From: a virus
Taxonomy: Duplodnaviria; Caudoviricetes
Virus record (IMG/VR): IMGVR_UViG_3300036944_000521
Coordinates: 1-54,428 of that record
DNA length: 54,428 nt
Reading direction: 5' to 3' (one strand)
The notes beneath the pieces are model-generated. The model worked only from the letters and a program-made list of their open reading frames with translations. It was not told the DNA's origin and made no database searches. Both the position numbers and the translations under genes were made by a program. Positions 1 through 9,876 of this stretch are shown here, one piece after another (the stretch's first letter is position 1; every line of letters begins with the position of its first letter).

Positions 1-317
1 CCATAATCAGCTACTGGTGAAAGGCTGCAACCTTCTTGGTATCGAGTATAAATTGCGTCAATCTGCGCAATCCAAACATCTGCCTTACCATTACAAGCTG
101 CAAGAGTAATAGCGTCTGACCCGTTGTTATTAGTTACAACGACGTTTGAGTAGCCGCGCTGAGCAAGCCGAATAGCCATAGTATCGGCAAACTTATCGTA
201 TCCACCGCCATCTACGCCCGCAGCAATGACTATAGGCGAAGTTTTATCTTGAGCTGACGCAATCCCAGCTACTAGGACTAGAGCAGCGGAGACAATCATA
301 TTTTTGAAGTTAAACAT
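1..317 (-). CDS. Partial CDS (runs off window): signal-peptide protein resembling a TAXI-type periplasmic solute-binding protein
   Basis: Manual translation MFNFKNMIVSAALVLVAGIASAQDKTSPIVIAAGVDGGGYDKFA...; AAGGA RBS upstream. Confidence 0.5.
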   Translation of the reverse strand, partial: MFNFKNMIVSAALVLVAGIASAQDKTSPIVIAAGVDGGGYDKFADTMAIRLAQRGYSNVVVTNNNGSDAITLAACNGKADVWIAQIDAIYTRYQEGCSLSPVADY

Positions 318-404
318 TTAATTTCCTTGTTTGTGTTTCTATAATTAACAATAGCATTATAAACAGCAACTATGCAAGACGTAATTAACTATCTGTTAGT
401 AGTA

Positions 405-959
405 TTACTTCTTGAGAATTTGGTTAGTTGCTCGTTTACCCACCCTATCAAACGCATCACCTAGTAAAGCGTATACTGCGTTGTAGAAGTACTTAATTGG
501 TTTGCGAGCTAGCTCCCAGCCTAATGAGAAAGGCCAAGTTAATATCCAAGTAGCAAATCGCTTACTATGTTTGCTCGCTTTAAAGTCATAGTAATTACTA
601 GAAAAGAATTCATCTTTTGGTGAGAGTATTGTAGGATACTTAACTAAGAATGACTCATAAGCAGATTCGATTTTACTAGCATGTTCCCGAATAAACTCTG
701 GCCAACGCCATAGTAGGGTATAAGTAGCACCTGCAATAGTGTATAGGGCTAGATATAGTATTAGGTTGAGTGGGTTAGCTACGATATACTCCCAAACAGG
801 AATATCAAAAAACCACTGCATACTTACTAAACCTATAATAAAGGTAGCCGTACCAATAGCAAAGTTCTCAATTTCCGAAGCAAAAATACCTGTTGCTATA
901 AAAAAGCAGGCAAACACTATAAACCAAAATTCAAATATAATCATCGCATCTTTCTCCAT
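405..959 (-). CDS. Hypothetical membrane protein
   Basis: 184 aa with several hydrophobic helices at the N-terminus. Confidence 0.7.
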   Translation of the reverse strand: MEKDAMIIFEFWFIVFACFFIATGIFASEIENFAIGTATFIIGLVSMQWFFDIPVWEYIVANPLNLILYLALYTIAGATYTLLWRWPEFIREHASKIESAYESFLVKYPTILSPKDEFFSSNYYDFKASKHSKRFATWILTWPFSLGWELARKPIKYFYNAVYALLGDAFDRVGKRATNQILKK

Positions 960-1216
960 GTAGCTAGTTTAACTACATCTTCATAGGTTGTTTGTTCTTT
1001 TTCAATGGCTTTATCTAGGTAGATCTCAAGTGTACGAATTACAAAAGTTGTGCAGTCTGATCCAAAAATAGCCGAGTCAATAGTCTTTAAAAGCTGTAGC
1101 GCCGTGGGATTGTCGTCCCACTCACGAATAGTACTCATTGTAGGCGCTCCTATCTGTGTTTCTGGAGCTCGTAAAAAGTGTTCTTTAATCATTCCGTAGT
1201 CTCGACAATAATTCAT
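941..1216 (-). CDS. Hypothetical protein
   Basis: 91 aa ORF packed in the minus-strand run. Confidence 0.6.
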   Translation of the reverse strand: MNYCRDYGMIKEHFLRAPETQIGAPTMSTIREWDDNPTALQLLKTIDSAIFGSDCTTFVIRTLEIYLDKAIEKEQTTYEDVVKLATWRKMR

Positions 1217-1328
1217 ACTTACTCATCCTCATCTTCTCCCAAGAAACGATTTACTCCTTGCTCTGTAGCACGGCCAATAGATAGAGCGACACATAAAATT
1301 ATAACTAGAACCATTATACCAATAGCGA

Positions 1329-1817
1329 TCATATAGCCTCCCTTAAAATCTTCTCATTAACGTAATATACTAGCTCGTCAAAAGTATGTACTAGCGGTAT
1401 ACCATAATGGTTACAGAATACTGCTACGTTACCATATCGCCAAAATTCTTTTGGGCAACACACAACTGTAGCATCTGGTTCTTGTAACCCATAGGCTCCT
1501 AGCTCCATAAGAGTAATAGGAGATTTGGTATTTGCATCAAAATAGTACACAGTTAGAGCTGAGCATTCTTGATTTACAAGTTCCCAAGTTACCTGCTCGT
1601 GGAACTGCGTTCCTGGTGTAGGGTCTTGAACCCAAGAACTATCCCAGTCGTCACGACGAGGATTCATTAGAATAACGTTATCTGGGTAGCCTCCAAGAGC
1701 TGTAGCTAAACGTTCTTGCCATTGCTCGGCTACACCCATTTCAATAGAGCCACCAAGAAAGATTCTATAATGCTCATAGTCTAGCGGTACTGGGTTAGGA
1801 GCTTTAATATGTTTCAT
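1329..1817 (-). CDS. Nucleoside 2-deoxyribosyltransferase-like protein
   Basis: IFLGGSI, NPRR, QVTWE and SPITLMELG motifs. Confidence 0.8.
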   Translation of the reverse strand: MKHIKAPNPVPLDYEHYRIFLGGSIEMGVAEQWQERLATALGGYPDNVILMNPRRDDWDSSWVQDPTPGTQFHEQVTWELVNQECSALTVYYFDANTKSPITLMELGAYGLQEPDATVVCCPKEFWRYGNVAVFCNHYGIPLVHTFDELVYYVNEKILREAI

Positions 1818-1820
1818 TTA

Positions 1821-2009
1821 TTATTCCTTAGAATTACTAGCACTGGTTACTCCAGCACTCCACGCAGCCAGCATCATTGACTCTACAAAATCATAAATTT
1901 GTTCAGAGGTTTCTAACCCAACCACTGCGTCATAAATATTATCACAACGCATTAGCCCGTTAGGTTCGCGCTGTTCGAACCAACGTTCGAAAGGTTTATC
2001 GTTGATCAT
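1821..2009 (-). CDS. Hypothetical protein
   Basis: 62 aa ORF abutting neighbours. Confidence 0.5.
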   Translation of the reverse strand: MINDKPFERWFEQREPNGLMRCDNIYDAVVGLETSEQIYDFVESMMLAAWSAGVTSASNSKE

Positions 2010-2170
2010 AGCTGCCTAACTACTAGATAGTGGCTATCTGAAATTTGTATATCAGTAGTTTCTAAGACCTCAATAACTTTAATTAGTCGATCCATGCCAG
2101 ATCCGTTTTCCCAAACTTCAACTGCAACAGGGTTATCTTGGGATTCAATAGTAATAGTTTGTGTCATTAG

Positions 2171-2689
2171 TTATCCTTGGTAAATAGCTTCTAGAACATC
2201 GTCAATTGCTGTTGAACATTCATAGTAGTCAATTTGGTGCATTTCTAGCAGAAAACGTAATTCTTTATCAATAACAATAGCTTCTGCTTCGTTTTGATAC
2301 CTACCTTCACTCATATACCGATGCTCACGAGTTAACAGTATGTTGATTGAGTCACCCAGCGTGCGATGAAGAAAGAATAGCAGCTCATGGTAAGATTGAG
2401 GTAACTCAGCTGCATAACGTCTAGCATATACTGAATCTTTAATCAGAGGAGAGTCTGTAATCACAAAGTCTACTTTATCTCTCAGACGTGCTAGATTTCT
2501 ATATTGTTTCATAGATACGTATGGTTGGATCTCAAGAGTAGATTGACGGTTTTCCCACACAAGATCTTTAACAAACTCTGTTACAAGTTCTACAGACTTA
2601 CCCTGCTTTTTAAAACGAGCAAATACTTCGGCAGCTATGGTAGACTTACCGATTCCAGGCCCACCAAAGATGTTGATGTAGGTTGTCAT
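2171..2689 (-). CDS. P-loop kinase/ATPase (NadR/AAA_28-like)
   Basis: Walker A GGPGIGKST; VITDSP. Confidence 0.75.
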   Translation of the reverse strand: MTTYINIFGGPGIGKSTIAAEVFARFKKQGKSVELVTEFVKDLVWENRQSTLEIQPYVSMKQYRNLARLRDKVDFVITDSPLIKDSVYARRYAAELPQSYHELLFFLHRTLGDSINILLTREHRYMSEGRYQNEAEAIVIDKELRFLLEMHQIDYYECSTAIDDVLEAIYQG

Positions 2690-2858
2690 AGGATCTCGTC
2701 CAGCTCATTTTGAAGACGTTCAAGCTCTGCTTCAAGATGCTCACGTTTAAGTTGTTTCATATGTTCCTCATATGAAGGCAGCTTTTTATACTTTTGATGT
2801 AAGTATATGTATTCAGCAGCTTCGTCATAAGGTATTCCAAATAAAAGTGCTCCGTACA

Positions 2859-3392
2859 TTAGATTACTCCTAGAACTTTAAGTTGATTTATAGTTGATTC
2901 AGCAGAGGTGTGAAGTATAAACGTACCTCCTGCTTCTTCCCATAAGTGTTGGTACTTTGTAATATCATCTACAAGAATGTCGCCAGGCTGGCAAAAGTTG
3001 CGCTTATTACGAGATAAGCAAGTAACCATAGGAACTCCAGGAAAGTGCTTATCTCTCCAGCCAAACTTTTGATGTTCTGCCCAGTTACCAAACGGACAGC
3101 CAGTTAGAATAACAGGACGTAGCTGTGCAACAGCTACATATAGCTCTATAGCATCTGGCATTAGTGGTAGAGTACCAAAGAAGTTCAGATCCTGTCTAAT
3201 TGCTTTCCAGAACTCTTTAGCTCCTAGAGTATCTTCATACTCTTTAGCAGTGGTTTCAAACTTCTCCTCAAACCCTGCATCAAAATCTGCAAGCACCCCA
3301 TCACAGTCTAGGTACAGCCTAAAATTATCAGGTCTACACATACACGAAGGGTTTTCTCCGCAAGCACAAGTTTCATCTGCCCATTTAGCCAT
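2859..3392 (-). CDS. HAD-family 5'(3')-deoxyribonucleotidase-like protein
   Basis: YLDCDGVLADF, ILT and ILVDD motifs. Confidence 0.8.
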   Translation of the reverse strand: MAKWADETCACGENPSCMCRPDNFRLYLDCDGVLADFDAGFEEKFETTAKEYEDTLGAKEFWKAIRQDLNFFGTLPLMPDAIELYVAVAQLRPVILTGCPFGNWAEHQKFGWRDKHFPGVPMVTCLSRNKRNFCQPGDILVDDITKYQHLWEEAGGTFILHTSAESTINQLKVLGVI

Positions 3393-3551
3393 ATTAAGTC
3401 TCCTTTACCGAAGCTACATATAGAGCTGGGTGATTTTCTGCACAAAGACGCCGTGCTTCATATAGAGCAGTTAAGTATCCATCTGCTCTAATAGTAAGTG
3501 CTGCTGTCCCCACAAAAGTCTTCTTATCTGATAAGTATGCTGTATAGTTTT

Positions 3552-3929
3552 TCATTCAGGCACCTTAATCAGCATACGAAACCCATTAACAATAGCATTA
3601 TGACTATCTGCTGAGCACCACAGAGTCCACTCGCCAATACTATTGTCATGCTTAAAATATCCAATAATAGTAACTAACTCATCGTTCTTATAAACACGCT
3701 CTACGCTAAAGGCCCGCATAGCGCGTAGATCTACCATAGGAGCGCATTTATAGACGGCTTCCTGCTTAGCAGTAAGTATATCTTCTCTAGCGTTCTTCGC
3801 TTCTGTCTGAGCAGTGCTGATAATACTATCAAGCACAGTCTTACGATGTTCTAAGTCACGAACGTGCTGTTCTAGTTTAGAAATATCGTCTTTAAGTTCT
3901 TGTTTACGATGCTTAAGATATGAAAGCAC
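3552..3929 (-). CDS. Hypothetical coiled-coil protein
   Basis: 125 aa with N-terminal heptads. Confidence 0.6.
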   Translation of the reverse strand: MLSYLKHRKQELKDDISKLEQHVRDLEHRKTVLDSIISTAQTEAKNAREDILTAKQEAVYKCAPMVDLRAMRAFSVERVYKNDELVTIIGYFKHDNSIGEWTLWCSADSHNAIVNGFRMLIKVPE

Positions 3930-4335
3930 TTCTAATCTCCATTAAAATTTTACCAAGGTTATTTTGTCCAGTTCCTACAGGAGATTGACCCCAGAAGGTA
4001 TCGCCCCAATAATTACCTTCTACTAGCTCCTCACTACCTGTATCAAGTAGCGCGTCTCGCAGATAATCATCAGAGCTAAACTTAATTATTACAATATCTC
4101 GCATAATGTTTACACGTATATCGTCCCAGCCGTCTCGTAAGATGAGTCGTCTACCATACTGTTTAGCTTTTCCAGGAGTAAGAATAGTAGCTATATATTC
4201 TCTATCTCTAGTATCGTCTGACTTTGCAGCTACAAAAGCGTGCTCACTAGACGGATACGTTATTCCTTCGTAGGTAATGATACAAGGATAAAAGTTAGAT
4301 AGAAAATAGTACTTACCAGTAAAACTAGAAATCAT
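3913..4335 (-). CDS. NADAR (YbiA-like) family protein
   Basis: FLSNFY, SSEHAF, LVEGN-WGD-FWG and GQNNLGKILM motifs. Confidence 0.9.
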   Translation of the reverse strand: MISSFTGKYYFLSNFYPCIITYEGITYPSSEHAFVAAKSDDTRDREYIATILTPGKAKQYGRRLILRDGWDDIRVNIMRDIVIIKFSSDDYLRDALLDTGSEELVEGNYWGDTFWGQSPVGTGQNNLGKILMEIRSAFIS

Positions 4336-4904
4336 TGCAGTTGCTTAATCTTTTCTTTCAGAGCAATCAGCCCTTCACGAGTTACAGGCTTACAAAGGTC
4401 AGCTTTGATCTGATTTACAATACTAGGATGTAGATCCCAATAAGCAATCTCTTCAAGAAGCTGAATGATATATGTAGGAAAACGAGTCTTAACTACCTGA
4501 CCTGGATTACCCACTACAATACTAAATGGTGGTACATCTTTAGCTACAACAGCACGAGAACCAATTACGGACCCGTTACCAATCGTAACTCCAGATAGAA
4601 TTGTTGCTCCAATGCCAATCCAAACATCATTCTCAATAACAATATCACCTTTAGTAGAAGGAGAGCCTGAGAATTGCTCTGCGCCAAAAACTTCTTGACC
4701 CCAATGACCGAACGGATACATACTAGCCCAGTCTGTGCGATGATTGCCTCCTAGCAGCATATGTACCTCAGCAGAGATAGAACAATACTTACCTATGAAA
4801 GCACGACTTCCTTCACCCCAAGCATGATACGTTACACTATCATGGCCATAGGTATATTCTCCTACGGTCACAGTAGTTCCTCTAACTTCGTATATGCGCG
4901 TCAT
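4332..4904 (-). CDS. CatB/Vat-like hexapeptide O-acetyltransferase
   Basis: IGKYCSIS, DVWIG, GVTIGNGSVIG and VVGNPG repeats. Confidence 0.85.
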   Translation of the reverse strand: MTRIYEVRGTTVTVGEYTYGHDSVTYHAWGEGSRAFIGKYCSISAEVHMLLGGNHRTDWASMYPFGHWGQEVFGAEQFSGSPSTKGDIVIENDVWIGIGATILSGVTIGNGSVIGSRAVVAKDVPPFSIVVGNPGQVVKTRFPTYIIQLLEEIAYWDLHPSIVNQIKADLCKPVTREGLIALKEKIKQLQ

Positions 4905-5569
4905 GCAGCAAACTCCAGATTTCCTAGGTCAAAGTCAATATAGTCTAGTTCTCCAATACACTGAAAATGCGTATTGCCTAGTTTCATATGAGTAGTGTGA
5001 TGCCAATGCCCAAAGAACCAGTATTCTGGTTGATGCAAGCGCCACATACGTTGCAGAGCTGAGGCAGTACGATTAGGGTACTCCGTACCTTTTACTAGCC
5101 CAGTACGGAAGAACATTTCGTGCGACGCAGCAGCAGGACAATCATGAGTAATCATCACGCGAGGCTTTACTGCTGCGTACAGGTCTAGAAATACGTCAAA
5201 CTGATTAGCAGTACATTCTTCGCCTTCCCACCAATCTACGTCTTTAGTACGTTTATGCCAGCCAGGAGGTGCGTCAGGATTATCAATGCTCCAAGCTCCT
5301 CCTAGAAACATAGTATGACCTTCTACACGACCATCAGGAATATGTCCGTGCATAGTTTTACATAGCTCAGGATTATCGTGATTACCGCGAATAAACCGGT
5401 GCGTACCATCATTGTGAAGCGCGTCTACAGAAGTGTACCAGTAGGGACTCTGACCGAACCCAATCCCAAAATCTCCGATTTGAATTGTTGGACCATCAAA
5501 GTTTCCAATAGAATAGTTGCGATAGTCATTGAACATTCCGTGAATATCACCAATGAGTCTGGTATACAT
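4901..5569 (-). CDS. Calcineurin-like metallophosphoesterase
   Basis: GDIHG, GDFG, GNHD, TH and GHWH motifs. Confidence 0.85.
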   Translation of the reverse strand: MYTRLIGDIHGMFNDYRNYSIGNFDGPTIQIGDFGIGFGQSPYWYTSVDALHNDGTHRFIRGNHDNPELCKTMHGHIPDGRVEGHTMFLGGAWSIDNPDAPPGWHKRTKDVDWWEGEECTANQFDVFLDLYAAVKPRVMITHDCPAAASHEMFFRTGLVKGTEYPNRTASALQRMWRLHQPEYWFFGHWHHTTHMKLGNTHFQCIGELDYIDFDLGNLEFAA

Positions 5570-5592
5570 AGTTTATCTCCTTATTACTATAT

Positions 5593-5621
5593 ATAGTAAC
5601 ATAAAAAAGGGAGACTAGCAA
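5593..5621 (-). promoter_or_regulatory. Sigma70-like promoter overlapping an upstream terminator hairpin
   Basis: TTGCTA-N17-TACTAT; hairpin GGGAGA..TCTCCC followed by T6. Confidence 0.6.
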
Positions 5622-5980
5622 GGCTAATCTCCCGGTAAGTAGTGCTATGGGTGCAGATTATTGGTCGAAGTAGTCGCCGTTTACCTGATCAGTAATATCT
5701 AGTTCATCCATTAGTTCGTACTGAATTACTGATACAACACGACCAAAACTAGGAATAATTTCAGCTGCATCGTCAGTCCAGTAAATATCACCAGACTTAT
5801 CTACGACTTTAAATACTCGTTCACTCATCTTCAGGATCTTCCTCCAGAGGGATAGCCCAAGCACTTAGACGCTCCATAGCCCACTCCCAAGCTTCGGCTT
5901 CGGCTTCTTCTAGTGATTCAGCTTCAATAATATCAGACTGCTCGTCTCCGGCAAGACCAAAGCTGCAACCAATATGATAC

Positions 5981-6628
5981 TTAGTCATGATTATACTCCT
6001 GTGTTTCAATTCCGTTAGTGGTGATACGAACAGTAATGTGGTCTCCAAATAGCTGTTCTTTGATGCTGTCGTCGATTGCACAGATCATTTCTAACAAAGC
6101 GTCAGTATCTTCTACAAAACCTTGTGGGTATGTGTTATACTCTGCAACTTTAGCTAGTAGATCTTGTTCAGATATGAAGTAAGGTACACAGTTTTCTCGC
6201 TTATTCCACTTACTAAAATAATTACCGCCATAATCAGCTTGAATTTTATCTTTATAAGCTTCTGGATCTACATTAAACTCTGCCCATTTAGCTAGAGCAC
6301 TTTCGTACTCTGCAATGTCATTGCAGTATAAGCTACCTTCATCGTATTTTTCTTCAGCATCGTCAGAGTATAGAACAACATTAGGTTCATGTGAGTAGAA
6401 CTCGCAAGTCTCTCCATCATTAAACCAAGGAGTATACTGGTGCCAAAAGATTTGCTCTACAATGCTACCATGTTTTTCAAAGTACGATTTAGTGGTTTCA
6501 CGTAGAATTTCGCTTGCTGTAGTTTTAGCCTCTGCACGAAGTACGTCGATTTTAGCCATAAGATTGTTATAAGCTGTTAGAAGGTCCGATTTCATTAGTC
6601 TGTCTCCATTCCCTGATGTTTTACCCAA
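5981..6628 (-). CDS. Hypothetical protein (start probably near 6595, MKSDLL)
   Basis: About 204-215 aa ORF with QYTPWFNDGE motif. Confidence 0.65.
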   Translation of the reverse strand: MGKTSGNGDRLMKSDLLTAYNNLMAKIDVLRAEAKTTASEILRETTKSYFEKHGSIVEQIFWHQYTPWFNDGETCEFYSHEPNVVLYSDDAEEKYDEGSLYCNDIAEYESALAKWAEFNVDPEAYKDKIQADYGGNYFSKWNKRENCVPYFISEQDLLAKVAEYNTYPQGFVEDTDALLEMICAIDDSIKEQLFGDHITVRITTNGIETQEYNHD

Positions 6629-6957
6629 GCTGATTGTCCTTTACCTACCATCCACGCTTTTTGTGGTAGGTCTGCTAGCCAGTCGTCAATAGTTGGAATT
6701 TTGCCACAGCAATCTTCCTTAACATGATCTTCTGCAATATCTCGGACTGATATATTTCTTCCGTCTGAATTACAGATTACCACACCAAATAACTGTTCTG
6801 CAAGAAAAATTCCAAACGAGTTGTGTAGGATTGCTCGATGATAGAAATCTGCGCTGGCAGCTTTGGTGCTATCAAACCAGTTATGAATCGGTAGGTAGTC
6901 TTCTACAGTTCCACCATAACGCTTGACACTGTTCTTTGCATGAATATAAGGTTTCAC
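6595..6957 (-). CDS. Conserved His-rich phage protein (putative metal-dependent)
   Basis: HAKNS, IHNWFD, HRAILHNSFG, AEDHVKED. Confidence 0.65.
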   Translation of the reverse strand: MKPYIHAKNSVKRYGGTVEDYLPIHNWFDSTKAASADFYHRAILHNSFGIFLAEQLFGVVICNSDGRNISVRDIAEDHVKEDCCGKIPTIDDWLADLPQKAWMVGKGQSAWVKHQGMETD

Positions 6958-7553
6958 CCTACGATCCTCTGATAAATTTCAGCCCAATTGTTTACACGCC
7001 TATCCCCCGCAGACACGAGCTGGTTATAGCTTTGGTTGACTAGCAGTGAGTTAAGCCCTAAATCAATACCTAGTTGGAAGTTTGTTGGGTGATCTTCAAT
7101 CCACCAGCAATTACTATCTTTATATTGTTTAAGGATAGTAGATTTAGAAATGCTATGATGCAAGCAGGTAATATCAAAAAACATACTACGACCAAAGATG
7201 CGATGTAGGTTTTCAACACGACTCTCAACTACCAGTGGATCGCTACCAATAGAAGTAATTACATGAAATACATACCCATGATGCTCGTGCAGCTTACGCA
7301 TATAACGAATAGCATCACGATAAGGGGGTAGGTTACGAATATACACAGTTTCATTAAACATGGTGCATAAACGATCGCCCTCCTCATGGTCAATGCCATA
7401 GGCTTGAGCAGTTGTATAGGCGCTGTAGTTTGTTTTCTTATAGCCATGTTTAGCCATCCAAATATCAAACATCCATTCCCAGTGAAGAATTACTCCATCA
7501 CAATCAGCAAGAATTAGTTTATCATTTAGCATTAGGGTGCTCCAAAATCTCAT
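6954..7553 (-). CDS. HAD-family phosphatase (T4 gp30.2-like)
   Basis: ILADCDGV, ITS and WIED motifs. Confidence 0.75.
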   Translation of the reverse strand: MRFWSTLMLNDKLILADCDGVILHWEWMFDIWMAKHGYKKTNYSAYTTAQAYGIDHEEGDRLCTMFNETVYIRNLPPYRDAIRYMRKLHEHHGYVFHVITSIGSDPLVVESRVENLHRIFGRSMFFDITCLHHSISKSTILKQYKDSNCWWIEDHPTNFQLGIDLGLNSLLVNQSYNQLVSAGDRRVNNWAEIYQRIVG

Positions 7554-8001
7554 CTAGGGAAATAGGCGTATAGTTACAAGAATCTACCCCAACGTTAAAA
7601 CGACGAGGGGCTGATACTAGATCAGGCTTGTGCGTATGACAGTGAGTATGAATTGCTCCACGGAAGTACCCATTCCATTCTTCGATTGGGTAGTGACACA
7701 TTACAACTGTTCGTTTATTAGCTTTATATTCAAGAATATGCTGACCCCAAATAACGGGGTCGTGATTACCTTGAATTAAGGTGATCTTACCATTAAGACG
7801 CTTAAGAATCTCTACATTATCTTGGCGACCTTTAAAAGCAAAATCTCCGTGATGATATACTAGATCATCTTTGCCTACAGTCTTATTCCAGCGTTCTGTT
7901 AGCTGCTCGTCCATATCTTCTACGCTAGAGAAGGGGCGGTTACACAGCTTTATGATGTTAGCATGGCCGAAGTGTGTACAGCCGGTAAAAAAGATTTTCA
8001 T
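7522..8001 (-). CDS. Metallophosphoesterase
   Basis: THFGH, GDFAF, GNHD, HYP and NVGVD motifs. Confidence 0.85.
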   Translation of the reverse strand: MKIFFTGCTHFGHANIIKLCNRPFSSVEDMDEQLTERWNKTVGKDDLVYHHGDFAFKGRQDNVEILKRLNGKITLIQGNHDPVIWGQHILEYKANKRTVVMCHYPIEEWNGYFRGAIHTHCHTHKPDLVSAPRRFNVGVDSCNYTPISLDEILEHPNAK

Positions 8002-8155
8002 TGATTTAGTACCTCTGCTTCTAGTCTACTGACTTGTTGCTGTAGCTTTTTAATTTCTAGAAAGGCAAGAAGCAGTAGATCATACACTTCTTGCCTAGTT
8101 TCTGTTTCTTGCTCAACTTGAACAAGCGTATCTGCGATTTGATTTACAATATCCA

Positions 8156-8779
8156 TTAGAAAAATGCGTACCCCACACGCTCCATCAGATCACGATCACG
8201 CTTCTTTTCTTCTTCAGTCTTAGGTACAATACCATACTCAATATGCAGCATGGAATCATTATCTACCTGCAACCACTCGCAACCGTCCTTAAAATTCTTC
8301 CAAGTGAGTCCATCGTTGTAGTTGCACTGAATCCATTTACCTTGAGCTTTCCAACTGCACTGATCGTCAGATAGGAAGCTAAGATTAGCATCATCAACTG
8401 CAATAAACCTATCTTCTGGCTTAAGGTTGTCGTAACACCATTCTTGGATTTCATGAATATGTTCAGACGAACGACGCTTTGGGGTTACGCAATCTTCAGC
8501 AAACTCGCCCTCGTATCCGTTATCGCGCATAACCTTTTTGAGGTATGCCTCAGTTTCTTCCCACTTACGAACATGGCGCGCCCAAGAAGTGCTGAACACA
8601 ACCTTAGCATTACCGTGTTTAGCCCAGAGATTGTGCATACGCACAGCTACTGTATCAAAATACGGAATCGCATCTTCACCACGCATAAAAGCTTCTACAG
8701 CCTTTCGATTACTATCGAAAAGGTGCATCTTGCCTGGAAGAAGCGGGCCGTCAAAGTCAACAAAAATATAGTTTGCCAT
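8156..8779 (-). CDS. HAD domain protein of the Swiss-army-knife RNA-repair type
   Basis: FVDFDGPL, VVFSTSW and AVDD motifs. Confidence 0.65.
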   Translation of the reverse strand: MANYIFVDFDGPLLPGKMHLFDSNRKAVEAFMRGEDAIPYFDTVAVRMHNLWAKHGNAKVVFSTSWARHVRKWEETEAYLKKVMRDNGYEGEFAEDCVTPKRRSSEHIHEIQEWCYDNLKPEDRFIAVDDANLSFLSDDQCSWKAQGKWIQCNYNDGLTWKNFKDGCEWLQVDNDSMLHIEYGIVPKTEEEKKRDRDLMERVGYAFF

Positions 8780-9090
8780 TAGGTGTGTTCCACATATTTA
8801 ATACCAGCAGCCTCAATAGCAGAGACACAAACTGGACAGGGTTTAGCATTTTTAGGTTCGCCACGAGCGCCAAAACGAGTGACTACAATTCGATGAGCAC
8901 GTTGCAGCTTACGACAAAGAGAGATTGCATGAATTTCAGCATGAAGAAACTGCTTATCGGGAAGACCTACTATGCAAGCGTGTTTATTTTGCAGAGGGTG
9001 GGTCTTGATATAAGAGTTCTTACCAATACTAAGAACACGACCACGTTTATCATAAATAATTGCCGTCATGTCAAAGCGCGCTCTAGTCAC
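8779..9090 (-). CDS. Zn-dependent deaminase (cytidine/adenosine deaminase superfamily)
   Basis: HAE ... PCPVC catalytic motifs. Confidence 0.8.
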   Translation of the reverse strand: MTRARFDMTAIIYDKRGRVLSIGKNSYIKTHPLQNKHACIVGLPDKQFLHAEIHAISLCRKLQRAHRIVVTRFGARGEPKNAKPCPVCVSAIEAAGIKYVEHT

Positions 9091-9227
9091 TTACTTCTCC
9101 AGTTCTGCGATCTTCTGTTTCACTTTTTCTACCTCAGCTTGACTCTTAACATATAGTTCATGCCAATACTGACTAGAGGGCTTCCAATTTAGATCAGCCA
9201 TACGCTGTACCTTTTCTAAATCATTCA

Positions 9228-9443
9228 TTAGAACACCTCCGCTTGAATTTCACTACGATAACCATCCATAGCTACAAGTACATCGGAGATAGCTACAACA
9301 GCTTCTTCGTAGGTTTTACAGCCACGATAGTGCTCTGCGATATACTCATCGGTCCAGCACTCAGTAAGAATATCCCACCCATCCTCAGTGTAGTGGGTCA
9401 GGGCGTGTTGACGAATACGCTCAATCCAAGTTTTCATTACCAC
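9228..9443 (-). CDS. Hypothetical protein
   Basis: 71 aa ORF. Confidence 0.55.
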   Translation of the reverse strand: MVMKTWIERIRQHALTHYTEDGWDILTECWTDEYIAEHYRGCKTYEEAVVAISDVLVAMDGYRSEIQAEVF

Positions 9444-9634
9444 AACCCCACATCAGTAATTTCAATAGTTCCTAGTAGTTTGGGCTTGAACAAAGTTCCA
9501 TCATAGAAGTCAGCAAAATCCGAAGGGCCAATACCAGACCCGTTATTTTCTGAACGAATAACCACGTGATCCGTCTTAGGATACTCTTGTAGCATTGCGT
9601 ATAGTTGTTTAAGTTGGTCGGCGCTGATTAGCAT
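9437..9634 (-). CDS. Hypothetical protein
   Basis: 65 aa ORF with AGGAG RBS directly after a promoter. Confidence 0.6.
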   Translation of the reverse strand: MLISADQLKQLYAMLQEYPKTDHVVIRSENNGSGIGPSDFADFYDGTLFKPKLLGTIEITDVGLW

Positions 9635-9658
9635 GGCTGTCTCCTTTTTCTATAATTC

Positions 9659-9695
9659 AATATAGCAAAAGAAAAAGCGCCTGGCAAGGCGCTTT
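9659..9695 (-). promoter_or_regulatory. Promoter whose -35 box lies in an intrinsic terminator hairpin
   Basis: TTGCCA-N17-TATATT; hairpin AAAGCGCC TTGCCA GGCGCTTT followed by T-run. Confidence 0.7.
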
Positions 9696-9876
9696 AACGT
9701 TTACGTGGTGTTAGGTCAAAGCCTACTTTCATTTTAGGTCGTCTAATGGCGTAGGGTCTGCCATCAGGGCCAAGTAGCTGCGTTTCTTGAATTTCATCAG
9801 CTTCGTGTACTGTACGAGTTTTTGCCTCGTTCCCGCTGTAGAAGTCATAAGAATCATAGTCCGTATTACTCTTCAT
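9694..9876 (-). CDS. Hypothetical protein
   Basis: 60 aa ORF. Confidence 0.5.
   Translation of the reverse strand: MKSNTDYDSYDFYSGNEAKTRTVHEADEIQETQLLGPDGRPYAIRRPKMKVGFDLTPRKR

Noticed and set aside
4332-4904. Antibiotic-resistance gene (cat/vat)
   Set aside because: The fold is shared with sugar O-acetyltransferases, and the substrate cannot be inferred from sequence.
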